From Octopus sinensis (Eukaryota), in contig NC_042999.1 of NCBI RefSeq assembly GCF_006345805.1, positions 30,876,001-30,940,000 on the forward strand: a DNA stretch of 64,000 bases, written 5' to 3'. The translations under genes and the position numbers were made by a program. Each line of letters starts with the position of its first letter. The stretch's first letter is position 1. Positions 26,038 to 38,639 of this stretch are shown here, piece after piece. The notes under the pieces are model-generated. The model saw only the letters and a program-made list of their open reading frames with translations. It was not told the DNA's origin and made no database searches.

Positions 26038-26559
26038 ATGTGGGAATTTTTTCCGAGTATATTCCAGTACTTAGTCTCACATTCACTAAATAACATGCTA
26101 AAACAACTAACAGGGAGAGAGAAAAAAGTCATAATGAAAACGAACTAGAAATTGTATTTTTTTTTTTTTACCACAATTTTGCAATTTGTTCCTGAACACG
26201 AAATTTATGGGTTTAGGAGTTAAATCTACCCCTCCTCCCGAGGTTGATTCTAGGGTGATCTAATCGAAATGTTTAAAAAAGCAAGATTCCATTCTTACAC
26301 AAATATTTTGAAAACTGTCTTAAAAAGGCTGAAATAGTCACTCTGGCAAAACAGTGAATCTTTATGAGACAGATGTATTGTATCAGATTGGGTCAAAATT
26401 TCTTTTAGGATTTTCACATGGCATTTGGCAATTTGTATATTAATGGTGTATCAATAATTTGATACAACTTGTCCATTCGTTGCTGGATTGTTTATTCTTA
26501 TTTTCATATACAACATACAAACATTAATTGATGCTTTGAATATGAGTGGTAAAAGAAAT

Positions 26560-27250
26560 TTCTATTAAGTCATTTTACGCTCCCTGTGGGTGCACGGGCA
26601 GCGGTAAAAAAAATAATGATGTAGAATGCCCAGGAAATCAACGAACGTGTGACAAAACACTGGTTCAGAAGCATCATGTAAGGTGACATCAGCTCCGAAA
26701 ACAAACCATGATCTGTTATGGAAGAGGAGATGTTGCTTGAAATAGCTGAACAACAGCACTTGTTTTTTGCCCGCACAACTTGGTCCTTCCCAACGCGCTA
26801 TCAGTCGACATCCGTACGCTTTGCGTTGAGGTCAGATGCTGTCGAGAAACTCCTCAGAAACTTACCAATGACCAGACTCAACAGCGTGTGGAGGTTTGCA
26901 AACAACTGCTGGTGAATCCCTGAGATGCCTATTTTGGGCGTTAAATTGTAACGTGGGATGAAAATTGGATCTATTTTCGTAATCCTAATAAGAAGAATCA
27001 GAATTTGTTGTCAAACTAGAGCAGTTTCAACAGAAGATCATGTTGCGTGTTAGGTGGAACTTTGATGTGTGTTGTACTTTGAGCTTGCGTGTTTGGTCAC
27101 GCTGTCAACGCTAAAATGTATGCTCGACGACTGTAATGAGTTTATGATGCCTTGAAAGCCTGCAACCAGGCATTGGTCAATCGAAGACGTGCAATCCTAC
27201 AGCCTGACAATACCACACCACGCACTGTCAATGTGACCAGTTACAAATAT
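26560..27250 (+). mobile_element. Degenerate mariner transposase (multiple stops and frameshifts)
   Basis: RVTKHWFRS.M*GD; MEEEMLLEIAEQQ; QRVEVCKQLLVNP*DAYFGR*IVTWDENWIYF (IVTGDEKW motif); KIMLRVRWNF; LQPDNTTPRT (HDNARPH motif). Confidence 0.8.
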
Positions 27251-30200
27251 AATTGAAACTTCGCATCTAACGTCCACATAGCATACACTTTAGCCTATCC
27301 GAAGTTCAGTCTTAATAAACCAGTAAGAATGAAATTGATTCATTAAAGCAACCTTTTTTGACAAACTTCTAACAAGAATCAAGTCTAGCAATGCATTTTG
27401 CGTCAGGGAAAATTATTCTACTCTAATTAATGGCTGAATTCTAATACACATAGGGATTCTTGCGGTAGCAAAATTATTTAGTTACATGAAAATTACGATC
27501 TACGACGAATGAGGCTAACTGCAATTGACTGTATAGACGTCTGTTCATACGAATTTCACGATGTTTCGTACACACAGACAGCTTGAAGTATTATGCATTG
27601 ACTGGGATTAATTCATAATGATATTAATTCTTAAAGTAAGACTGATTAATTTTGATTTACTTTGTGTATTTACTGTTTTTATTTATGCAAATATCGAATA
27701 GGAATCTTTATATCCCACTTATCATGGACATACTTTAAGAATATCATAAAACTGCGCTAACAACTCTTATAGACGTGTAGTGCTGCATCTCGACGATGTG
27801 TGTTCACAGAACAAATACTTCAGTTTTATGGCTTTCTTAACGTCTGAACGAGATGCTTTCTCAGGACAAATACCGCAGTCTTATGGTTTTCTAAGATTAT
27901 TTCTGCGTTAAACAGGTTATAAGGATTGTCGTTTAGTACTAATACAAATATTGTTATAGGGTGAGATAATTATTTACTTATAGAAATTGCTAATTTTATG
28001 ACAGAGATAGAAAGTGATGAAGGCTAATCTCCGGTTTCGACAGTACATTTTGTGGATTCACTCCTTCGTTTCCAAAATATGCAACCACAAATTTATCATA
28101 CCCTCATTCTTGTACATCTTAGATGTTGCTCACATTGCCATATTTCTGCGAATCTACATGTGACGATCTAAGGTTACGGCGTACATTAATGAGATACGCT
28201 GCCAGAAAACAGGATGAGAGGCACTACATAGTAATTGTCATATCTCTAGAGGATGAATTTGTTATTCTCATGAAGTTTTTTTGTCTTTTAATTTCGGACA
28301 CAACATTATTCCCTGGTACAAAACGCCCATAAGGCAAAACTCTCTTGTGTAAAATATCATGTGCATAAATACTCTTCGATATAAACCCTACAATAAAAAT
28401 GTTAATTCGGACGAACCCACAGTTAAAAAGAAAATACTAGGCAACATTTTGAATTTTCATAACGAAAATCATCACAAATTTAGATCATTTATTAATAATA
28501 TTTTGTAATTTGATTTGTTAAAATCTGAGGTGAACGAATACAAAACTGGAACCTTCTGTTAATTACATTTAGCATAGGTTGTAAAACAAGTTTTTTTTAC
28601 ATTTGTCCGGTTGGTAACGTTAATTAGGTAGAAGAGAGAAACAGAGGTAAAAATGCTGTGTTCACAAACATTAATGATCCAACAGTTGATTATTTGCATT
28701 TGCATATATTTATTATATTAAACAGTTGTATTTACATATCTACAATTAATTATTAGTATTGATAAACGTGTTATGTATGTGATATTTAAAAGTTGTCACG
28801 ACGTAAGATGCTTCGCTTACTATTGTTACGTATTTGTACATGGCTTCCATAAACTGAACAAAGCAAATAATTATATGAAAAGTTAATTGCATGTATATAA
28901 ATATGTATATTTGCCTTCTTTACAATCCAATGTTGATATATAAGGCATGCTATGGAAAATAAGTAAAAGAAGAGGAATACTTTTCATTCAAATGAGCGCC
29001 GGAATTCTCTGTAGTGCCCGAGGTGATAACGTTTTGGGGTTCAGTTCCCTATCACTTTATAACCTTGAGCAAAGCTTCCAGAACATCTGAAATACAATGT
29101 GACAGGAATTCATACAACTTTGCTTTAACTCTACTGCTTTGTTGGATATTTGTGTTGGTGTTTGGTGGAGGCAATTGGCTTTGACAATCCCATTTTCCAG
29201 AGAGTGACAACCTCCTATAATAATCTTTCTTCATATTTAAAGAGGGAGAAAAGAGGTGGGGGAAAATGTAGTAGTTTTCAATAAAGAACGGAACTAACTG
29301 CATTGTGCACTCCCAACCACAAGATTTCAGGTTCAGTTCCACTACGTGACATCTTGAGCAAGTGTCTTCTACCATAGCCCCAGACCGACCAAAGGATTGC
29401 GAATGAATTTGATAGGCGAAAACTGAAAGAAGCTCATTGTAAGTGTGTGTCGAACAGCTACAGAATAACTAAACAGACATTCGGAAGCGAATCCACATTT
29501 ATCTACACTGTCAAAACAAGTCCTCGGCTTATTGTCTTCACCAGTTGCACTGAGAGATTTCTGAGAATGAACTGACCTCTTATATCTTTTTCGAGGCGTG
29601 CACGGATCAAAACTGATTTGAGAAAATAAATTTATTGTCTTGGCTTCACCTAATTCTATTGGCAAAAATATAAATACACAAGCCAAATTACTCCCTTATG
29701 GTAAATCGACGCTTATCAAGATCATGGCTGCTTTCCTCACTTCAGGTACATTTTGTCATGAGCGCGAGAACATGACTATTTATCTACCTTTTCCTTCTCC
29801 ATCTCTCTTTCTCTCTTCTCCCTCTTCCTCTCAGTCACAGAGAAGTACCTAACTACTATCCCATAGAACAAGCTGTGTACACTCGATATATTTTTTATAT
29901 ATCTTAACGACTAATATTATAACTTCCTTAATAAATGGCCATATTAATAATCAAGCAAATATTATTCTTTATTCATTTCTCCAATGCATTATGTCATTAA
30001 ATTCCGTCAAAATAAGTGAAAGATAAATTGCGTTTAAACAAGTAAAATTTTCAAAAGGTTGAAAACTTTACGTCCTTACCCTTTTCCTTCATTAGAGTGT
30101 ATGCAAACTGACTTGATTAACATGTTAATATGTGTTTTAGCTGTTAATTGAAGTGCTTGAATGACCACATAGGTATCCCTCACTGTCTGGAGGTAAGAGT

Positions 30201-31578
30201 TTTTTTTTCTTTATTTCACTAACACTAAGTGCCATCTCCATCTATTAGATTATTTAAGTTGTTTATTTGCAAGTAGACTTCACTTCAACACTCAAACTAT
30301 CACCATATGGTCTTGTATTTTAAATCATATACAGTTAAGAACACGAATTCTGCTTTAATCAATCATCATTGACAGAAGTGAAAGTGATTTCCTAATCTAT
30401 AGATTCGTCTACCCCAGACTACAGTATCCAGTGTGTGTGGGGGAGGGCGTAAGACAATATGGTTTGCTTTTAACGAGATTTGGCAGCTATTTCTAGTAGA
30501 TTGTGCTAAAATATGTTTTGTTCTTATTTACAAACTTATTAATACTGATCCTGTCGAAAGACGCCTGTTTGTGATGTCCTGTTATTGTTATTATTATGAT
30601 TATTATTATTATTATTGTTGTTGTTGTTTTTACGTATTATTATATTATTATTATTATTATTGTTTTTACGTATTATTTTTGTATTCATATTCGTGTAACA
30701 TCGTCCGTTTTTCTGTCCATGTTTTGTGTATATTCGAAGCTTTCTTCCAAGGAATCTAATGCGCTTAGCTTAGTTTTTCCTTGGGGTTGGCCAGATTGGA
30801 GCAAGCTCAAGATTAATCAACCGAAATTGCGAGGATGATCCGGTTCTTGACTGAAGATTGATGGCGTCGAATGTCCCGTCCGTGTTTTTTGTATCGTCTT
30901 CTAAATCTTTGTGTTCTTTTCCCAGTTTGTATTTTTTATACATATATATATATATATTCGTTCATAGCTTCTTTTCTTTTTTTTTTTTTTTTGTCAAATC
31001 TACTTTCTGCACTCATTATGTTTAGTCTATTCAATGCAGCTAGTGAGCAGAATCGTTGCTGCACAAGGCAAGATGCTTAGTGGCATGTTGTCCGTCTTTA
31101 TGCTCTGAGTTCAAGTGCCACTGGGGTCAACTTTCAGGGTCGATAAAATAAGTACTAGTTTAGCACTAGAGTCAATGTAATTGACTAGCACCATCCTTTG
31201 AAATAGCTGTCTTTGTGCCAAAATTTGAATCATAATCTATAGTCTATTTTAAAAGACGGTAAAGTGTGTTTTGTCTGCTATTTCTAGGATATTTGGTGAT
31301 TGCCTAAAGGATAATTCATTGTATTCATTATTTATTTGCCATTTAATCATATTAGCGGAGTTTCAGATTAAGCACTCCACCCATAAATTTTTGCTTAGGG
31401 ATGGGAGGAAGGCATTCCTCTATTTCAATATAGGAATGCAAAAGAATCACATTCCTACAATTCTAAATACAAAAAAAATAATTTACTCTTCCCTCACTTC
31501 TGAAAATTTATTTCGTGACATTTTTTGTGAAAATTTATTCCGGGTTTGTGTTTTAGTCGTTGTACATTATACTTCTCA

Positions 31579-31612
<34 letters not shown>

Positions 31613-31679
31613 TAATAATAATAATAATAATAATAACTGTTTTCTTTTTTTCTTTTTAATTGTATTTATTGCCCTAAGA

Positions 31680-32110
31680 ACCCAAAAAATGTCATACTAT
31701 TGGTAGAAATAGAAATAGAGAAAACAGAGAGAATGGGGTTGGAAGGGATTGACTGTAGCGATAGAGATAGAAACTGACTGAGGTAGAGATACAGAGAGAG
31801 AGAGAGAGACATAGTAGTGAAGGGGATAGAAAAACAGAAAGGTTTGAAAGGGAGAGGTAGGAAAGAGGAGTGGAAGCTGCAGAGAAACAGAATAGGAAAA
31901 GAGAGACAGAAAGTGTAAAGAGAAACAGAAAGTGGAGGCAGAAGGTAGAGAGAGAGGGGGAGAGGAAAGAGAAGTGAAAGAGACAAAGAGAAAGTCTGGG
32001 GTGGAGAGAGAGATAGAGTAGTAGAAGCGATAAACAAAGATAGAGAAAGAGAGAGAGAGTAATGAAACAGGCAGAAATTGTGGTGGTAGAGAGGACAAGA
32101 GTAAGGTTAG
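31680..32110. repeat. GA-rich polypurine low-complexity tract
   Basis: Directly visible; produces the S/L/F-rich minus-strand ORFs. Confidence 0.9.
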
Positions 32111-32142
32111 AAATTGAGAGCATTGCAATTTTTGTAGGAAAT

Positions 32143-32371
32143 TTAACCCTTTCGTTACTGTATTTATTTTGAGATGCTCTGTGTTTCTTTCAATTTATTT
32201 TAAATATAACAAAGAATTTAGTAAAAGAACTTAGTTACCATTAAGCTAGTGTTTGGAACGTAAATTGTGACTAAGGTTTGGTGGAAGATTTTAATTCAAA
32301 ACTTATGAAAACAAGACATTTGTACTCAGATCCAGAGCCGGTTTCAGCCGGGATGGTATCAAAAGGGTTCA
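32143..32371. mobile_element. piggyBac-like MITE
   Basis: TTAA|CCCTTTCGTTAC on the left; GGTATCAAAAGGG|TTCA on the right (TTAA target degenerate). Confidence 0.6.
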
Positions 32372-32398
32372 CCAGGAAACCTCTATTTCGATTTGTTT

Positions 32399-33105
32399 TT
32401 AATCCTTTAGCATTGAAACCAACCGTATTGAGCTGAGATATCCAACCTATTTTATGTTCAAACTGGCCAGATTCAGCCTCTCACACCTGCTCTTTTAAAA
32501 GTAAACAATGATATTATAAGAATCTTAACACCACAAGATGATGCATGATAAATTCAAAACAATGCGAAAAAATAAGTAAACAGTTGATTTTATTTTCACT
32601 TTCATGTACAATCACATGTGATCTGAGTGCATATCATGCGTGCAGACCTCATTTTCAACCAATGAGAGGGAAGTGTATATGTAATAATTCTAGAAAATTT
32701 CTGTACTGATGGCTTTATGAGAAACCAAATTTGTCCACAATATTCCGAAGAGATTTCGGACTTACCTCACTTCATTCTTAGATAAACTCTCCTCTCAAGC
32801 TGTTATCACAGCTACATACTCGAACCAGCTTAATTTTCCTAATAGTTATTTTTACAAATAATCACCAATTCAGGGATGATGAAGAATCAACACCATACAT
32901 TTTTGCAGCTATGTACAGATCAGTCTAATCATGAAGGCTTCAACTATTGTATATACAGCGTTCTAATAACTTGATGCTCTCTGTTTGTCATGAAGCAATG
33001 TACAATTGGAGTAATATCTGTATATAAACTGCCATCAAGTCTTGTCCGAACAACCAACTACATAAGTATTACATTTGACAGAGCAATTACAAGGCTAAAG
33101 AAGGT
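32399..33105. mobile_element. Second piggyBac-like MITE (ttaa.cctttagcatt...) apparently split by a ~490-bp insertion
   Basis: Left part ttaatcctttagcattg...aaacaatgcgaaaaaataagta ends ~32580; resumes as ataagtattacatttgacagag...gctaaag at ~33062; ataagta is duplicated at the break. Confidence 0.45.
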
Positions 33106-33924
33106 AGCATGCCAGGTAAAATGCTTAGGGGCATTTCTTCAGTCCTTAATTTCGATTTTCAAATTCCACGGAAGTGGGTAAAATAAGTACCACTTGAACA
33201 CTGAGGTCAATGTGATCTACTTACCTCATCCCACCCACAATTATTGACCTTATGCCAACACTTGAAACTAGTATGAGTGTTAAACTTTAAAAAAATTATA
33301 TGTCAGAAATGCTGCTATTGAAGATTTTAGAACTGGATGTTATTCTGCGCAGAAAAAAAGGACTCTTTCAGTATATACCAATTCAAAGTTATGTGACATT
33401 GGAAGCTGCTATATTTGATAATGTCATACAAGTGAACAATGACTTTTATGGATGAGTGATCAAATTATGGGAAGCAGTCCTGACATGAATATATTCATGG
33501 GACAGTTAACCATTCAAAATATTTTATGGACTCTGTCGCTGTTTTTGTACCAACAGTGTGAAATATTTCTCGGTACGGATAAAGAGTTGGCTTAAATGGA
33601 AATTTGTATATTTCATATATTTTATAGTTTTGCTAAATTATTCACATTTTTGGCTATCTGTCTCTCTATCACTCTCTCTCTCTCTCTCTCTCTCATCTTC
33701 ACTCATGCCAAATCAAAGAAAGTCACTTGGCAAAAATTTAAATGCACACACACAGACGCACGCATATTGGTGAAAGATTATGAATTCCAATACATTCATT
33801 ATTTGTCTAGTATTAAAAGATAAACTGAGAATAAAAAAAAGTATTTCCTCAGATTCTGAATCAGTGAAATAAGGCAATTAACATTTTCTTTCAGTTATAT
33901 TTTTATGAACTTTACTGTTGGCCA

Positions 33925-33968
33925 TTACGTGTGTGTGTGTGTGTGTATGTATGTATATATATATATAC

Positions 33969-34031
<63 letters not shown>

Positions 34032-34199
34032 ATATGTATATGTATATATATATAAAATATATGTATATATATATAAATATATGTATATGAATATTATGTA
34101 TATATGTATGTATATGAATATGTAAATATGTGTTTGTGTTTTGTATATATATGTATGTGTATATATATATATATATGAGTGTGCATATATATGATTTGT

Positions 34200-34242
<43 letters not shown>

Positions 34243-34395
34243 GTATATATATATAAAATATATGTATATATATAAATATATGTATATGAATATTATGTAT
34301 ATATGTATGTATATGAATATGTAAATATGTGTTTGTGTTTTGTATATATATGTATGTGTATATATATATATATATGAGTGTGCATATATATGATT

Positions 34396-34440
<45 letters not shown>
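33925..34440. repeat. (TA)n block containing a ~200-bp tandem duplication
   Basis: 34033-34205 is repeated at 34234-34405, including the non-repetitive spacer gtaaatatgtgtttgtgttttg. Confidence 0.9.
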
Positions 34441-34442
<2 letters not shown>

Positions 34443-34996
34443 ACTGAGAAACAGAGAAGAAAGGGTGTGGATATAAAAAAGAATTGGAAAATATATTTTT
34501 TTTAATCATAAAATATTCTGTTGAAAGCATTTTAAAAAGAAATTGGAAGATTCAAAGCAGAAAATATAACCATTAGTTGAATACCAAGTTTATTCTGCTC
34601 TTGTGGCCTCTCTATCCCCTTCTCGCTCACTTTGAGGGTGTGGAACAAGAAACATTCTTGCTATTTATGTTTCATACCCAGTAGAACTTCTGATATAATA
34701 ATTAGTCCAATGAGGATACGCTGTTGGCTCCCCATTAGATTAAAGATACCTTAATTATATGAAGGTTACATTGTCATTTGGGAATTTGAAGTTCCTAACC
34801 GAAGGTGTAATTTTAACCGTGAGCTACACAAATGTGTTAAGGCTGACAGGCAGCGTTGATGCTTCCAAGGGCTAAACAGCGGTAGTGTGATTCCCTTTAT
34901 GGGACTGTCATGTTAAATTGACAGTATACTACTGCTTTATATATATATAAATATACATATGAATATATATTTATATATATATAAATATATATTTAT

Positions 34997-35400
34997 AGGC
35001 GCAGGAGTGGCTGTGTGGTAAGTAGCTTGCTAACCAACCACATGGTTCCGGGTTCAGTCCCACTGCGTGGCATCTTCTGCTATAGCCCCGGGCCGACCAA
35101 TGCCTTGTGAGTGGATTTGGTAGACGGAAACTGAAAGAAGCCTGTCGTATATATGTGTATATATATATATATATGTGTGTGTGTGTATTTGTGTGTCTGT
35201 GTTTGTCCCCCTAGCATTGCTTGACAACCGATGCTGGTGTGTTTACGTCCCTGTAAACTTAGCGGTTCGGCAAAAGAGACCGATAGAATAAGTACTGGGC
35301 TTACAAAGAATAAGTCCTGGGGTCGATTTGTTCGATTAAAGGCGGTGCTCCAGCATGGCCGCAGTCAAATGACTGAAACAAGTAAAAGAGTAAAAGAGTA
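34997..35400 (+). mobile_element. tRNA-derived SINE family B, young full-length copy
   Basis: aggcgcaggagtggctgtgtggtaagtagc...ccgggttcagtcccactgcg (A/B boxes) ... atgactgaaacaagtaaaagagtaaaagagta tail. Confidence 0.9.
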
Positions 35401-35474
35401 TATAAGTATGCATATATATATAAATATATAAGTATACATATATATATATAAATATATAAGTGTGTATATATATA

Positions 35475-35520
<46 letters not shown>

Positions 35521-35522
<2 letters not shown>

Positions 35523-36350
35523 TGTGATCACGTCACATAAATGCAAATGTAATGTACAAATTTGTAATTAATTTATTGAGTATTATTTGAAACGGCCGTA
35601 AGAAGTGAATACGACATATTTGTTAATAATAAATAGTTATAAAATTCCTTTTCTCCCTTTTTTATTCTTTCTAACTATATATATATATATAAATACATAT
35701 ATACTTCATATATATATATATATTCACATACATATTATATTTATATACTCTCATATGCATATACATATATACATATATATATACTTAATATATACATATA
35801 TATTATATGATCTTCAGCACCATTTAATATCCTCTTCTCTATGATTGCATGGGACACATGGAATTTATTGGGGCATATTTTCTATGGTTAAATGCTCTTC
35901 TGTCACCACACCCTCACTTGTTTCCAAACAAGGTAATATTACTGCAATGCCATTCATGTTTACCACGGAAGATTTAAGAACATTTACATTCTTCAAAACA
36001 TTGCAAAACAAGAGAACACACAAACACACATGTACACTTGTATATATACTTCGTCACCAGGCATATATATGTGTATGCGTATATATGTGCATGTGTGTGT
36101 ATATATGTAAGTGTATGTATATATATATACATGTAGATATATATATACAAATATATATATATGTATTTTGTATGTATGTCTATATATATATACATATAGA
36201 TATATATATATTATGTGTATATATAAATATAGATATATGTATATATTTAGTATATATATATGTATGTATATATGTATATGCATATGAGAGTATATAATAT
36301 AATATGTATGTCTATATATATAAAGTATATATATATATAAAGTATATATG

Positions 36351-36417
<67 letters not shown>

Positions 36418-36579
36418 AAAGAATAGAAAAGGGAGAAAAGGAATTTTACAACTATTTATTATTAACAAGTATGTCGTAATCACTTCTTACGGCCGTTTCA
36501 AATAATACTCAATAAATTAATTACAAATTTGTACATTACAATTGCATTTATGTGTCATGATCACAATGTAATCAGAGAA
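35521..36579. mobile_element. Inverted-repeat (fold-back) Penelope-LTR-like structure with hammerhead remnants
   Basis: 35521-35805 is inverted at 36228-36566; both arms carry tGAAAC-GGCC-GTA-agaag; the minus arm also has ttct-CTGATTA upstream. Confidence 0.6.
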
Positions 36580-37048
36580 AAAGAATTTTATGTGAATTGG
36601 GATGTTATATGTGAACTTGCAAGAAGCGAAGGAGACAAATTTGTTAATCTATATATCTAAATGAGAGTTTGTGTGTGTGCATGTCTGAGTGCGTGTGTGG
36701 GTGTTAGTGTGCGTGTGCGAGCGCGTATGTTCCTGAAGTATCCGAACGTTGAGTTACCGATTTTGACATATCGTGTATCAGAAGATTCAGTAACCTATCG
36801 ACTACCAAATAAACTTTACTTACATTTACATATCGTCTACGTTATCTTAACAACCGGCTTTAATTACTTGAAAGAATCTGCTCTGCAACGACCAGGTTTC
36901 ATTAGAAAGTTAAAATAGTTTGACGTTCAATTTGAACCAAATTGACAAAGTGTTGCATTACGAGAGTGACAATATATGAATAATGAAAGTAATGTTTCTC
37001 CGAATTAGTCACATCGCTGCTATAGTAAAGAAAGCTCCTCATCATTTA

Positions 37049-37337
37049 TCTATATATATTATATAAAGGCTGCCAAATAAACTATGTTTTTGGCACAACA
37101 ACTCTTGATTTACTACTAAAATAATCTCTGAAACGAGGTCGGGTCGCACAATGATGAGACCATTTTCGGGCAATATTTGGATTTGATTCTAATGTTTCAT
37201 TTCCGTCCGATGTTTCACGCTTGCGTAGAATTCTACTCAAACATCTGTGATAATGTACACATATATATTGTACTAGACTGATCCACAATCAAAATTATTT
37301 CTCTATATATAATAAGAAGAAATACAGTCACTCTCAC

Positions 37338-37345
<8 letters not shown>
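37049..37345 (+). mobile_element. Possible Helitron-like 5' ends (TCTATATATATTATATAAAG at 37049; TCTCTATATATAATAAG at ~37300)
   Basis: Only the 5' TC..TATA..AAAG signature is seen; the 3' hairpin is not clear. Confidence 0.3.
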
Positions 37346-37381
<36 letters not shown>

Positions 37382-37462
37382 AACCACAAACACACACATA
37401 TATACAAAAAATCTGTACGAATATCTATTCATTACGTGTATATGAAATTTAATGTGTGTGCT

Positions 37463-37513
<51 letters not shown>

Positions 37514-38323
37514 ACGAGAGTCACAAATACATGCAAATATTACATACAGGACAACACATACTTTCACTTACTTTCTCTTTCTATTTTGCTGTGTGCAACC
37601 GGAAAATTACCGCTGAAATCCAATTGAAATGACCTTTCTCCTTTCTGTAATTTGTGATTGTGATGAGCGTATTTAAAAAAAATGATCTTCGATATAAACC
37701 TGAAAGGAAGTTTTCCAAGAAATCCTGTCCTTTACCTGTTGTTTCTAGCATGTCCAAGGTGACATTTGCGACGTTCCACTTAATCTTTTCCTAAATTTCT
37801 ACCCATTCCTATGTTGTCGATAAAGGAGATTAGGATTTCGCCCAAAAATCACATTGTCAATATTTTAATTTTTTCCCTCCCCCACTCCAATTTCTTCACG
37901 TTTTCTTTTTTCCAAACATTTTTCGTTGTAATCCACAGAGCAAAAATCAGAGAGTATGAATCTTTAAAAATTTTCTTCATTTTTTTTTTAAAGAAACAGT
38001 AAGATCGCCTTCCCAAACACCCACCCATTACCTCACCACTTTCAAAAAGCTACAAACTCTCAATGTTTCACTTTTATCTTTTTGGAAAGCGGGGAAGTTG
38101 CTTCAGAAATAATGTTGTTTACCTGATTTAGGTAGCATGTCGGATTTTCTTGTGGTCGTCTAGTATTTTTTACGTCATCTATTTCCATTCAATTCTACTC
38201 ATAAGTAAAACATCAGACGAAGATGAAACATTGGAAGGTTTTATCTTTTTGAAAGCCGGTAGGTGAAGGGTGGGCGAGGTTGGAGAAGGGACATTGAGTG
38301 TTTCTAGAAGAAAGATTAACCTT

Positions 38324-38357
<34 letters not shown>

Positions 38358-38639
38358 ATATATTTCCCAGATTCGTAATCTCTCTATTTTCTACGGGGAT
38401 AAAAACAAAAATTCAAAATCAGTTACAAGTTAAGAAATTATGGTGGGGACGGGGTAAAACTAAAATTTTGAAAAAATATGTCTTGGCAATACATAGCTTG
38501 TGACCCTTCTTAAGAATAGAAAGAATTTTCATGAAAGCCCATCACAATTGCACCCTCCGCCCTTCATTTTTAAACAAGAAATAATTTCCAATATGTCAGT
38601 AATCCAGTTCACTATATATCAGCTGTGCCGATTCTGACC

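Noticed and set aside
25633-26148. 171-aa ORF
   Set aside because: It is mostly antisense SINE family B; no domain.
29723-30195. MAAFLTS|gtacat start exon and 52-nt ag|...GAG|gtaaga exon
   Set aside because: Downstream frames close quickly (all three frames stop in the 52-nt exon); at best non-coding, and unsupported without transcripts.
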